A program made the translations under genes and the position numbers. Positions 1 to 9,698 of a stretch of 64,000 nucleotides of DNA are shown piece after piece; position 1 is the stretch's first letter, and every line of letters begins with the position of its first letter. The notes beneath the pieces were generated by a model, which saw nothing but the letters and a program-made list of their open reading frames with translations, had not been told where the DNA came from and did not search any database. Location: assembly GCF_004353825.1 (NCBI RefSeq), contig NZ_SMNA01000002.1, positions 434,001 to 498,000 of the forward strand, given 5' to 3'. The stretch is from Occultella glacieicola. GTDB lineage: Bacteria > Actinomycetota > Actinomycetes > Actinomycetales > Beutenbergiaceae.

Positions 1-761
1 TGATCTCCGACCTGTTCGTCGGGCTGAGTCACGGCTGGTGGCAGCGCAAGCACACCCGTCACCACGGGAAGCCCAACCAGATCGGCGCCGACCCGGACAT
101 CGGCACCGGGGCGCTGGTGTTCATCCCCGCGGACGTGCCCACCCGCACGGGCTTCGCGGCGTGGTTCGTGCGCCGGCAGGGGTGGCTGTTCTTCCCGTTG
201 ATCACCCTGGAGGGTCTGGCCCTGCACGTCACCGCGATCCGCACCGTGTTCGGGCGCGCGCCCGTGAAGCACCGGTCCGTGGAGATCGTGTTCCTGCTGG
301 TGCGGATCGTCGGGTACCTGGCCGTGGTGTTCTGGGTGATGGGCGTCGGACTGGGGCTGGCGTTCGTGGCCGTCCAGCTCGCCGTGTTCGGCTTCTACAT
401 GGGCGCCACGTTCGCACCGAACCACAAGGGCATGCCACTGGTCCCGCCGGACGCCCGGATCGACTTCCTGCGCCGCCAGGTGCTGATGTCCCGCAACATC
501 TCGGGCTCGCGGGTGGTGGACGTGCTGATGGGTGGGCTGAACCACCAGATCGAGCACCACTTGTTCCCGAGCATGCCCCGTCCGAGTCTGCGCCGGGCGA
601 AGCCGCTGGTCCGCGCCCACTGCGCGGCCCACGGGATCGCCTACACCGAGACCACGCTCCTCGGGTCGTACCGGATCGTGGTGCGTTACCTCAACGACGT
701 CGGGCTGGGCCGGATGGACCCGTTCGAGTGCCCGGTGACGGCACAGTTCCGGACCAGATGA
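1..761 (+). CDS. Membrane fatty acid (acyl-CoA) desaturase, 5'-truncated by the window edge
   Basis: The frame is open from position 3 (ISDLFVGLSHGWWQRKHTRHH...). His boxes HTRHH and HQIEHHLFP, plus APNHKGM and hydrophobic segments. Confidence 0.9.
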   Translation, partial: ISDLFVGLSHGWWQRKHTRHHGKPNQIGADPDIGTGALVFIPADVPTRTGFAAWFVRRQGWLFFPLITLEGLALHVTAIRTVFGRAPVKHRSVEIVFLLVRIVGYLAVVFWVMGVGLGLAFVAVQLAVFGFYMGATFAPNHKGMPLVPPDARIDFLRRQVLMSRNISGSRVVDVLMGGLNHQIEHHLFPSMPRPSLRRAKPLVRAHCAAHGIAYTETTLLGSYRIVVRYLNDVGLGRMDPFECPVTAQFRTR

Positions 762-879
762 CGTTCGGCGGTCCCCGGCACGCCGCGCGGGCGCCGACCT
801 TCTGCCCTAGCCTGCGTTGCGAGGGCCGGGCGAGACCGGCGCGACCACGCACCGCGCCTGGCCCGTAGGGGAGGGCCCC

Positions 880-2349
880 ATGTCCGCAGGGAGTGAAACC
901 GGCGACACCCCCGCGGTGAGCCGGTTGAACGCACGCATCATCGGGATCTGTGTCGCTGCAGCCGTCGGGGGGTTCCTGTTCGGTTTCGACACGGCGGTCA
1001 TCAACGGCGCCGTCGACGCGCTGGCCGAGGAGTTCGCGCTCGGCGCCGGGCTGAAGGGCTTCGCGGTCTCCTCGGCGCTGATCGGGTGCGCCGTCGGTGC
1101 CTGGTTCGCCGGCCCGGTCGCGAACAAGCTCGGCCGGGTGCCGGTGATGCTGATCGCCTCGGTGCTGTTCCTGGTGTCCGCGATCGGTTCCGGGCTGGCG
1201 TTCGGGGTGACCGACCTGATCATCTGGCGGGTGATCGGCGGCTTCGGCGTCGGCGCCGCCTCCGTGATCGCTCCCGCCTACATCGCGGAGGTCTCCCCGG
1301 CCCACGTGCGCGGTCGCCTCGGGTCGCTCCAGCAGCTTGCGATCGTCACCGGCATCTTCGTGGCCCTGCTGTCCGACGCGCTGCTCGCGAACACGGCGGG
1401 CGGGGCCGCCGAGGAGCTCTGGCTCGGTCACCAGGCGTGGCGCTGGATGTTCATGGCCGAGGCCATCCCGGCCGTGCTCTACGGTCTGTTCGCGCTGCGG
1501 CTGCCCGAGTCGCCGCGATTCCTGGTGGCGCGCGGCAAGTACGACAAGGCCTCGGCGGTGCTGCACGACTTCACCGGGATCGTCGAGGTGAACCTGAAGA
1601 TCGAGGAGATCAAGAAGACCCTCAACCGGGAGAAGAAGGAGTCGCTGAGCGACCTGCGCGGGCGTCGGCTCGGACTCAAGCCGATCGTCTGGGTCGGGAT
1701 CCTGCTCTCGGTCTTCCAGCAGTTCGTCGGCATCAACGTGATCTTCTACTACTCCACGACGCTGTGGCGCTCGGTCGGGTTCGAGGAGTCCGACGCGCTG
1801 ACGATCACGGTCATCACCTCCGTCACGAACATCCTCGTCACGATCGTGGCGATCCTCCTCGTGGACCGGGTCGGACGCCGCCCGATGCTGCTCGTCGGCT
1901 CGGTCGGCATGGCCGTGTCCCTTGGCCTGATGGCGCTGGCGTTCTCGTTCGCCACCGTCGTGGAGGCCGCCGACGGCACCAGCACCGCCGAGCTGGCGGC
2001 ACCGTGGTCCACGGTCGCGCTGATCGCGGCGAACGTGTTCGTGGTGGCGTTCGGGGCCACCTGGGGTCCGCTGGTGTGGGTGCTGCTCGGCGAGATCTTC
2101 CCCAACTCGATCCGCGCCGGAGCGCTCGCCGTCGCGGCCGCGGCGCAGTGGGCGGCAAACTTCCTGGTCTCGACCACGTTCCCGGCCCTGGCCGACGTCG
2201 GGCTCACCCTCGCGTACGGCATCTATGCCGTGATGGCCGTGCTGTCCTTCTTCTTCGTGTGGTTCAAGATCCCCGAGACCAAGGGGCGCGAGCTGGAGGA
2301 CATGAACGAGGACCTGGTGGTGCGCCGTGGCCGGGTGCGAACGACCTGA
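880..2349 (+). CDS. Sugar porter family MFS transporter (GlcP-like)
   Basis: Motifs GGFLFGFDTAVING, PAYIAEVSP..RGRL, QQFVGINVIFYY, DRVGRRP and PETKG. GGGGAGG RBS before ATG 880. Confidence 0.92.
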   Translation: MSAGSETGDTPAVSRLNARIIGICVAAAVGGFLFGFDTAVINGAVDALAEEFALGAGLKGFAVSSALIGCAVGAWFAGPVANKLGRVPVMLIASVLFLVSAIGSGLAFGVTDLIIWRVIGGFGVGAASVIAPAYIAEVSPAHVRGRLGSLQQLAIVTGIFVALLSDALLANTAGGAAEELWLGHQAWRWMFMAEAIPAVLYGLFALRLPESPRFLVARGKYDKASAVLHDFTGIVEVNLKIEEIKKTLNREKKESLSDLRGRRLGLKPIVWVGILLSVFQQFVGINVIFYYSTTLWRSVGFEESDALTITVITSVTNILVTIVAILLVDRVGRRPMLLVGSVGMAVSLGLMALAFSFATVVEAADGTSTAELAAPWSTVALIAANVFVVAFGATWGPLVWVLLGEIFPNSIRAGALAVAAAAQWAANFLVSTTFPALADVGLTLAYGIYAVMAVLSFFFVWFKIPETKGRELEDMNEDLVVRRGRVRTT

Positions 2350-2445
2350 GCCGGCCACGGGCCGCACGGGCCGAACCGGAAGGAATAGCCGGACCCGCTG
2401 CGGGCGTTGACCGCGATGACCCCAAGAACCGACCCGGAGTGCCCC

Positions 2446-3201
2446 GTGACCGACCTCGCCCCGTCCGCCGATCGTCCCGACGACGGAGGGCGAAGCGGCC
2501 CCGACCACACCGGCGCCACGGCCGAGGGCGCAGCGGCTGCGAGCGCCAGGCCGGGGAGCGGCACCGTGGCCGTCCTCGGCGCCGGCCGCGTCGGCACGGC
2601 CATCGCCCGGGTCGCGATGCGGTCCGGATACCGGGTCCGGCTCGCCGCCTCCGGCGACCCGAAGCTGATCGAGCTGATCGCGCAGATCATGGCGCCCGGG
2701 GCCCTCACGGCCACGGCGGCGGAGGCGGTCGCGCCGGCGGACCTCGTGATCCTGGCCGTGCCGTTGGGCAAGCACACGACGCTCGACGGCGACGCCCTCG
2801 CCGGGAAGATCGTCGTGGACGCCATGAACTACTGGCCGAGCACGGACGGCCGCGACCCCGAGCTCGAGACCGCCCCCAGCACCTCCGAGGTCGTCGCGCG
2901 GCACCTGACCCGCTCGGCCGTGGTCAAGACGCTCAACCACATCGGCTACCACGACCTCGAGGAGCAGGGCCGCCCGGCTGGCAACCCGGGTCGGCGGGCC
3001 CTCGCGGTCGCGGGTGACGACCCCGACGCCACCGCGTTCGTGCGCACCTTCGTGGACCGACTCGGCTTCGACCCCGTCGACGCCGGGGACCTCGCCGCCG
3101 GCGTGCACCTGCAACCGGGCACGCCGGTCTTCAACGGGCAGCACGACGCGACCACCCTGGTGACGCTCCTACGCGAGGCACCCGCCGCCGTCGGGCACTG
3201 A
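2446..3201 (+). CDS. NADPH-dependent F420 reductase-family (NADP oxidoreductase) protein
   Basis: Rossmann GAGRVG, then DLVILAVP, GKIVVDAMNY, VVKTLNH and LGFDPVDAG. Start uncertain (2407/2416/2446). Confidence 0.8.
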   Translation: MTDLAPSADRPDDGGRSGPDHTGATAEGAAAASARPGSGTVAVLGAGRVGTAIARVAMRSGYRVRLAASGDPKLIELIAQIMAPGALTATAAEAVAPADLVILAVPLGKHTTLDGDALAGKIVVDAMNYWPSTDGRDPELETAPSTSEVVARHLTRSAVVKTLNHIGYHDLEEQGRPAGNPGRRALAVAGDDPDATAFVRTFVDRLGFDPVDAGDLAAGVHLQPGTPVFNGQHDATTLVTLLREAPAAVGH

Positions 3202-3253
3202 GCAGACGCCCGGCACGCCGGGCAGATGCCCGGCGGCACCCGGACCGCCGGAC

Positions 3254-4720
3254 TCAGCCGCGGGCGTCGTGCAGTGTGCGCGCGGCCTCGGCGATCGACC
3301 CGGACAGCGAGGGGTAGACCGTGAACGCGCTGGCGACCTGGTCCACGGTGAGCCGGTTGCTGATCGCCAGGGTGATCGGGAAGATCAGTTCGCTTGCCCG
3401 CGGTCCCACGACCACCCCCCCGATGACCAGACCCGAGGCCCGGTGGGAGAACATCTTGACGAACCCCTCGCGGATGCCGAGCATCTTCGCACGCGGGTTC
3501 CGGGCCAGTGGCAGCGTGGTGATCGCGCCACGCACCTCACCCGACGTGATCCGGTGCTCGGGCACTCCCACGGTGGCGATCTCCGGCGCGGTGAACACGT
3601 TCGCCGAGACCTGGCTCAAGTCCAGCGGGGCCACGGCGTCACCCAGTGAGTGCCACATGGCGATCCGGCCCTGCATCGCCGCCACCGACGCGAGGGCGAG
3701 CACGCCGGTGCAGTCCCCGGCCGCGTAGACGCCCCGGGCGGTGGTCCGGGAGACCCGGTCCACCTGGATGTGGCCGGACTCGCTGACCCGCACCCCGGCG
3801 CTGTCCAGCCCGAGGCCCTCGGTGTTCGGCACCGCGCCGACCGCGATGAGGCAGTGCGAGCCGCTCACGACGCGACCGTCCGCGAGGTCGACCTCGACCC
3901 CGTCGCCGACCCGGCGTGCCCCCGCCGCCCGCGACCGGGAGAGCACCACCATGCCGCGCCGCTTGAACACGGTCTCGATGAGCTCGGCGGCGTCCGGGTC
4001 CTCGCCGGGCAGCACCCGGTCCCGGCTGGACACCAGGACCACCTCGGCACCGAGCCCGTTGTAGGCGCCCGCGAACTCGGCCCCGGTGACCCCCGAGCCC
4101 ACCACGATCAGTCGCTCCGGCACCTCCGTCATGGCGTACAGCTGGGTCCAGTTGAGGATGCGCTCGCCGTCGGGAACGGCGGTCGGCAGCACCCGGGGCC
4201 GGGCACCGGTGGCCAGCAGCACCACGTCCGCGGGCAGGCGCTGGTCGCCGTAGTCGGTGCTCGCGACGACCGCGCTCGGGCCGTCCATGCGCCCCTCGCC
4301 GTCGACCAGGGCCACGCCCTCGCGCTCCAGCCGGGTGCGGATGTCCGCCGACTGGGCCTTCGCGAGGTCCAGCACCCGGGCGTCGACGGTCGCGAAGTCC
4401 GCCTCGAACGAGCCGGCCTCGCCGTCGGCCGGCCGGATCCCCAGCTCCGCGGCACCCTCGGTCAGGGTCATCCACTCGGCCGTGGCGATCAAGGTCTTGG
4501 AGGGCACCACGTCGGTCAGGACCGCGGACCCGCCCAGGCCCTGCCGCTCCACCACGGTGACCTCGGCGCCTAGCTGCCGGGCCACCAGGGCCGCCTCGTA
4601 CCCGCCGGGCCCGCCACCGATGACCACCACCCGGGATCCCTCTCGGGTGGAGGAGCGGCCGACGCCGGACGCGGGCTCGGTGGTCGTCGGTGCAGTCGGG
4701 GTGGAAGTCACGTGCGACAT
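3254..4720 (-). CDS. lpdA: LpdA-type NAD(P)H-quinone dehydrogenase (flavoprotein disulfide reductase family)
   Basis: GGGPGGYEAA, TDVVPSK (no CxxxxC), GSGVTGAEFA, YAAGDC and C-terminal VYPSLSGS. Divergent from punA, as is typical in actinobacteria. Start may be GTG 4711. Confidence 0.85.
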   Translation of the reverse strand: MSHVTSTPTAPTTTEPASGVGRSSTREGSRVVVIGGGPGGYEAALVARQLGAEVTVVERQGLGGSAVLTDVVPSKTLIATAEWMTLTEGAAELGIRPADGEAGSFEADFATVDARVLDLAKAQSADIRTRLEREGVALVDGEGRMDGPSAVVASTDYGDQRLPADVVLLATGARPRVLPTAVPDGERILNWTQLYAMTEVPERLIVVGSGVTGAEFAGAYNGLGAEVVLVSSRDRVLPGEDPDAAELIETVFKRRGMVVLSRSRAAGARRVGDGVEVDLADGRVVSGSHCLIAVGAVPNTEGLGLDSAGVRVSESGHIQVDRVSRTTARGVYAAGDCTGVLALASVAAMQGRIAMWHSLGDAVAPLDLSQVSANVFTAPEIATVGVPEHRITSGEVRGAITTLPLARNPRAKMLGIREGFVKMFSHRASGLVIGGVVVGPRASELIFPITLAISNRLTVDQVASAFTVYPSLSGSIAEAARTLHDARG

Positions 4721-4749
4721 TGTGCCGTCACGAAGGTAGGTTCGGCATC

Positions 4750-5619
4750 GTGAGCAGCACCGAAGCCCCCGAGCCCGGCCCCGGCACCGACCTGGACGAC
4801 CCGGCGACCGACCCGTTCGACGCCGCCGCGGAGGCCGCGGCAGCCATCACGGCGCGCAGCGGCGTCCCCCATCACGACGTGGCCCTGGTCCTCGGCTCCG
4901 GGTGGGGCGAGGCCGCGGACGTCCTCGGTGAGACCGTCGCCGAGATCGCCGCCGAGGACGTGCCCGGATTCTCCCGGTCCGGGGTGGCCGGGCACGCCGG
5001 CACCCTCCGCTCGGTGCGCTTCGTCGCGGCCGACGGCGAGACCCGCCACGCGCTGGTGCTCGGCGCCCGAACGCACTACTACGAGGGGCGCGGCGTGCGC
5101 CGGGTCGCGCACGGCGTGCGGACCGCGGCGGCCGCGGGCGCGCGCACCGTCGTCCTCACGAACGGGTGCGGCGGGCTGCACCGCGCGTGGGTGCCGGGGA
5201 CCCCGGTGCTGATCAGCGACCACCTCAACCTGACCGGCACCTCCCCGCTCGAGGGGGCCACGTTCGTGGACCTGACCGACCTGTACTCGGCCCGGTTGCG
5301 TGAGGTGGCGAGGTCCGTGGACGAGACCCTGGACGAGGGCGTCTACGCCCAGTTCCGCGGCCCGCACTACGAGACGCCCGCAGAGGTCCGGATGGTCAAG
5401 GGGCTCGGCGGCGACCTGGTCGGCATGTCCACCGCGCTCGAGGCGATCGCCGCGCGGCACGCGGGGCTGGACGTCCTCGGGATCTCCCTGGTCACGAACC
5501 TCGCCGCCGGCATCTCGCCGGTCCCGCTCTCCCACGCCGAGGTTCTCGACGCCGGGGCGGCCGCCGGCCCGCGGATCAGCGCCCTGCTGGCCGAGATCGT
5601 CCGCCGGATCGCCTCATGA
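4750..5619 (+). CDS. punA: Purine-nucleoside phosphorylase (trimeric type)
   Basis: LVLGSGWG, RTHYYEG, LTNGCGG, GPHYETPAE, DLVGMST and SLVTNLAAG. TAGGTT -10 lies 7 nt before GTG 4750. Confidence 0.95.
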   Translation: MSSTEAPEPGPGTDLDDPATDPFDAAAEAAAAITARSGVPHHDVALVLGSGWGEAADVLGETVAEIAAEDVPGFSRSGVAGHAGTLRSVRFVAADGETRHALVLGARTHYYEGRGVRRVAHGVRTAAAAGARTVVLTNGCGGLHRAWVPGTPVLISDHLNLTGTSPLEGATFVDLTDLYSARLREVARSVDETLDEGVYAQFRGPHYETPAEVRMVKGLGGDLVGMSTALEAIAARHAGLDVLGISLVTNLAAGISPVPLSHAEVLDAGAAAGPRISALLAEIVRRIAS

Positions 5620-7367
5620 GCGACCTGGTCGCCGCCGCCCGGGCGTGGATCGCCGACGACCCGGACCCCGCCACCGCGGACGAGTTGCGGGAACTGCTCG
5701 ACCACGCCCTCGGTGACGGGTTCACCGAGGGGGAGCAGCGGGCGGCACTGGCCGAGCTCGCGGACCGGTTCTCCGGGCCGCTCGAGTTCGGCACCGCCGG
5801 CCTGCGCGGGGCACTCGGCGCCGGCCCGCACCGGATGAACCGGGCCGTGGTCATCCGGGCTGCGGCCGGACTGGTGCGCTACCTCACCGATACCCTCGGC
5901 GCCGGGCCGCGCGTGGTGATCGGCTACGACGCCCGGTTCGGCTCGAGCGACTTCGCCGCCGACACCGCCGACGTGGTCGCCGCGGCCGGTGGGCACGCCT
6001 ACCTGCTCCCCGCGGCGCTGCCCACCCCGGTGCTCGCGTTCGCGGTGCGCCACCTCGATGCGGATGCCGGCGTCATGGTCACCGCCTCCCACAACCCGCC
6101 CCAGGACAACGGGTACAAGGTCTACCTCGGCGGCCGTGTCGTCACCGACGCCGGGCAGGGCGCACAGATCGTGCCGCCCGCGGACGCGGAGATCTCGGCC
6201 CGGATCGCGCAGGTGCCCTCCGTGGCGTCGGTGCCGCGTTCGGCCGATGCCGCCGCCGCGACCGGCGGCCGGCGGGAACTGCTCGCAGCCGACATCGTCG
6301 ACGCGTACGTCGACCGGGCCACGGGCCTGGTGCCCGACGGCGCCCCGCGCGACCTGCGCATCGTCCTCACCCCGCTGCACGGTGTGGGTGGGGCCCTCGC
6401 GGGCCGGGTGCTGGCCGAGGCGGGGTTCGCGGACGTCACACTCGTGGCCGAGCAGGCCGACCCCGACCCGACGTTCCCGACGGTGGCGTTCCCGAACCCG
6501 GAGGAGCCGGGGGCCCTCGACCTGGCCTTTGCCACGGCGGCCCGGGTGGGTGCGGACCTGATCATCGCGAACGACCCGGACGCGGACCGGTGTTCGGTGG
6601 CGGTGCCCGACCGCGACGCGGACACGGGCTGGCGCCAGCTCACCGGCGACGAGGTGGGTGCCCTGCTCGGGGAGCAGGCGGCCACCTCGTCGGCGCCGGC
6701 CGGTGGTGATGGTGAAGGCGTGCTGGCCAGTTCGATCGTGTCCTCCCGGCTGCTCGCAGCGATCGCGGTGCACCACGGCCTGACGCACCGGGCGACGCTC
6801 ACCGGGTTCAAGTGGATCAGCCGGGTGGACGGGCTCGTCTTCGGCTACGAGGAGGCCCTCGGGTACTGCACGGACCCGGCCGCGGTGCGGGACAAGGACG
6901 GCATCACGGCCGCCGTCCGGGTCGCGACCCTGGCCGCCGGCCTGCGTGCACGCGGGCGCACGCTCACCGACGTGCTCGACGATCTGGCCCGGCGGCACGG
7001 GCTGCACGCCACCGCTCCGCTGTCGGTGCGGGTCGAGGACCGCGCCCTGATCGCGGCGGCCCAGGACCGGCTCCGGAAGGTGCCGCCGACCACCTTGGCG
7101 GATTCCGCCGTCGTCAGCGCGGTCGACCTGGCCACCGGCAGCCCTGACCTGCCGCCGACCGACGGCCTGCTCTACCTGACCGAGGCGAACGACCGGATCA
7201 TCGTGCGACCGTCCGGGACCGAGCCGAAGCTCAAGTGCTACCTCGAGGTGATCGAGGCCGTCGGCCCGGACGAGGACCTCGGCCCCGTGCGGACCCGGGC
7301 CGTGGCCCGCCTGGACCGGCTGAGGGCGGACATCGCCGCGGCGGCCGGGCTGGATGCCGTGCCATGA
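5616..7367 (+). CDS. Phospho-sugar mutase (PGM/PMM family; probable phosphopentomutase)
   Basis: FGTAGLRG, TASHNP, DPDADR, GYEEALG and RPSGTEPKLKCY. ATGA overlap with punA. Confidence 0.92.
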   Translation: MSDLVAAARAWIADDPDPATADELRELLDHALGDGFTEGEQRAALAELADRFSGPLEFGTAGLRGALGAGPHRMNRAVVIRAAAGLVRYLTDTLGAGPRVVIGYDARFGSSDFAADTADVVAAAGGHAYLLPAALPTPVLAFAVRHLDADAGVMVTASHNPPQDNGYKVYLGGRVVTDAGQGAQIVPPADAEISARIAQVPSVASVPRSADAAAATGGRRELLAADIVDAYVDRATGLVPDGAPRDLRIVLTPLHGVGGALAGRVLAEAGFADVTLVAEQADPDPTFPTVAFPNPEEPGALDLAFATAARVGADLIIANDPDADRCSVAVPDRDADTGWRQLTGDEVGALLGEQAATSSAPAGGDGEGVLASSIVSSRLLAAIAVHHGLTHRATLTGFKWISRVDGLVFGYEEALGYCTDPAAVRDKDGITAAVRVATLAAGLRARGRTLTDVLDDLARRHGLHATAPLSVRVEDRALIAAAQDRLRKVPPTTLADSAVVSAVDLATGSPDLPPTDGLLYLTEANDRIIVRPSGTEPKLKCYLEVIEAVGPDEDLGPVRTRAVARLDRLRADIAAAAGLDAVP

Positions 7368-8641
7368 CCGGGGCGGCACCCGATTCGGTGACCGCGACCG
7401 GGGTGCGTGAGTCCGCCCAACGGATCCAGCACGCGGTGCACCGCACCCCGCTGCTCCGGTGGGAGCGGATGAGCGCGGCCACCGGTGCGACGGTGCTGCT
7501 CAAGCGCGAGGACCTGCAGACGGTGCGCTCGTACAAGGTGCGCGGAGCGTTCAACCTGATGCTGCGGCTGGACGCTGCCGAGCGGGAGCGGGGCGTGGTG
7601 TGCGCGAGCGCCGGCAACCACGCCCAAGGGGTCGCGAAGGCCTGCCACGAACTCCGGATCCAGGGTCGGATCTACGTGCCTCGGACCACTCCGCGGCAGA
7701 AGCTGGACCGGATCACCGCGCTCGGTGGTGCGTTCGTCACGATCGTGCCCGTGGGCTCCACGTACGACGAGGCGTCCGCGGCCGCCGCGGACTTCGCCCG
7801 TACCGACGGCGCCGTGCAGGTGCACCCGTTCGACGATGCGCGCACGATCGTGGGGCAGGGCACCGTGGCCAAGGAGATCCACGACCAGCTCGGCCGGAGC
7901 CCGGACGTCGTGGTCGTGCCCGTGGGCGGCGGCGGCTTGCTGGCCGGCATGGGGACCTATCTCGCGGACGCGTGCCCGACCACCCAGGTCGTCGGGATCG
8001 AACCGGCCGGGGCGGCATCCATGGCGGCCGCCCTGACCGCGGGCGGACCGGTCACCCTGGAGAACATCGACACGTTCGTCGACGGCGCCGCCGTGCGCCG
8101 GGTGGGCGCGCTCAGCTACGCGGTGGTCGCCACGCTCGGCGCCCCGGTGCGGCAGATCGCCGAGGGGCGCGTGTGCACCGAGATGCTCGAGCTCTACCAG
8201 ACCGAGGGGATCATCACCGAGCCGGCGGGTGCCCTGGCCCTGGCGGCCGTCGGCCCGGCCGGCTCCGGTGCTCCCGTCGAGATCTCGCCCGGCTCGACGG
8301 TGGTGTGCCTGCTCTCCGGTGGGAACAACGACATCTCCCGATACGCCGAAGTGGTCGAACGGTCCCTGGTCTATCAGGGGCTGCGGCACTACTTCGTGGT
8401 CGACTTCCCGCAGGAGCCCGGGGCGTTGCGCACCTTCCTGGACTCGGTGCTCGGCCCCGAGGACGACATCTCGCTCTTCGAGTACACCAAGCGCTCCAAC
8501 CGGGAGACCGGGCCGGCGTTCGTGGGGCTGACGCTCGGCTCGGCGGACGGCTACGACCCCCTGCTGGCCCGGATGGACGCCTCCGGGCTCACCTACCGGG
8601 TGATCGCCCCGGACTCCCCGCTGTTCCGGTTCTTCGCCTGA
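7364..8641 (+). CDS. ilvA: Threonine ammonia-lyase IlvA (short form, one regulatory domain)
   Basis: KREDLQTVRSYKVRGA, ASAGNHAQG, PVGGGGL, SGGNND and FPQEPGAL...FEYTKR. ATGA overlap with the mutase. Confidence 0.92.
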   Translation: MTGAAPDSVTATGVRESAQRIQHAVHRTPLLRWERMSAATGATVLLKREDLQTVRSYKVRGAFNLMLRLDAAERERGVVCASAGNHAQGVAKACHELRIQGRIYVPRTTPRQKLDRITALGGAFVTIVPVGSTYDEASAAAADFARTDGAVQVHPFDDARTIVGQGTVAKEIHDQLGRSPDVVVVPVGGGGLLAGMGTYLADACPTTQVVGIEPAGAASMAAALTAGGPVTLENIDTFVDGAAVRRVGALSYAVVATLGAPVRQIAEGRVCTEMLELYQTEGIITEPAGALALAAVGPAGSGAPVEISPGSTVVCLLSGGNNDISRYAEVVERSLVYQGLRHYFVVDFPQEPGALRTFLDSVLGPEDDISLFEYTKRSNRETGPAFVGLTLGSADGYDPLLARMDASGLTYRVIAPDSPLFRFFA

Positions 8642-8704
8642 GCCGGCCACAGTGGACCGCGAGCAGGGCGCACCCTGCGGACGCCGTCAGGCCGCGAACA
8701 CCGA

Positions 8705-8734
8705 TCGGGCCGCCCCGTTCGAGGGGCGGCCCGA
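8705..8734. terminator. Hairpin, probable intrinsic terminator
   Basis: TCGGGCCGCCCC-gttcga-GGGGCGGCCCGA, a perfect 12-bp stem downstream of ilvA. Confidence 0.65.
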
Positions 8735-8744
8735 CCACTCCCGA

Positions 8745-8816
8745 GCGGTGCTGCCTGCGCTTCGGGTGACCCCGGCGTCGCCAAGACGTTGGCCTTCCCC
8801 CCTGCCGCAGCACCGC
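8745..8816. ncRNA. Candidate structured small RNA (unassigned)
   Basis: A perfect 10-bp outer stem GCGGTGCTGC/GCAGCACCGC encloses two hairpins, one with a CTTCCCCCCT loop, within a 350-nt gene-free gap. Confidence 0.4.
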
Positions 8817-8990
8817 GGGCGGACGCGGCGTTACCAGTGTGACTGGGGCGGGTAGCCTGACTCCCCGCGCGCCGCGGCACCAGGATAGCGGCACCCCGGG
8901 CGCGGAACGCGCCGGGGCATCCCCTCGACCCGCTGGCCGGACGAGCCGGGAATCGGCGGATTCCGGGCGCTCGCGCGGTACCGTCGGACC

Positions 8991-9611
8991 ATGAGTGACA
9001 CCGGGTACGGCGACTTCGAGTTCGAGCGGAAGTTCCTCGTCACCGATCTGCCCGTCGCGCTCCTCGACGAGCCGGCGCCGGACGTGATCGTGCAGAGCTA
9101 CTTCCTCGCCTCGGACGGCTACGCGCTGCGGATCCGGCTGCAGATGCCGGCGCCGGCGGACGTGCCCCGCACGGGTGCGGAGGTGCTTGACGCGCTCTCG
9201 GGAGGGTTCACGTTCTGCACGCTGACCGCGAAGGGGCCCTCGAACGGCGGCACCAGGTATGAGGCCGAACGCGAGCTCGACCCGCATGTGGCCGAGCAGA
9301 TGGTGCGCCGGGGCGGACAGCACGTGGTCAAGTTCCGGCACGCCGTGTGGCTCGGCGGGGACGGGTGGGTCATCGACGAGTTCCTCGACGACAACGCCCC
9401 GCTGCTCGTGGCGGAGGTGGAGCGCGGTGGCCCGGTCACCGACCTGGTCATCCCGGACTTCTGCGTCACCGAGGTCTCCGACGACCCAAGGTTCGGCAAC
9501 GAGGCGCTGGCCGGGCGTCCCTATCGAGGTTGGGCGGCCGACTTCGAGCGTGAGTTCGCTGCCACCGGTCCCCGGTTCCTCCAGGAGTTCGGCCGCAACG
9601 AACGGCCCTGA
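8991..9611 (+). CDS. CYTH domain protein
   Basis: EFERKFLV (ExExK), QSYF, RIR, LTAKG, RYEAE, KFRH and LLVAEVE. TACCGT -10 lies 6 nt before the ATG. Confidence 0.85.
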   Translation: MSDTGYGDFEFERKFLVTDLPVALLDEPAPDVIVQSYFLASDGYALRIRLQMPAPADVPRTGAEVLDALSGGFTFCTLTAKGPSNGGTRYEAERELDPHVAEQMVRRGGQHVVKFRHAVWLGGDGWVIDEFLDDNAPLLVAEVERGGPVTDLVIPDFCVTEVSDDPRFGNEALAGRPYRGWAADFEREFAATGPRFLQEFGRNERP

Positions 9612-9698
9612 CCCGGCGCTGCGCTCGGCACCGCCATGTTGCCGCGGGCGCGACCGACCCGGGTCGTCCGGATGCCGGACACCAGTAGACTCGACGGC

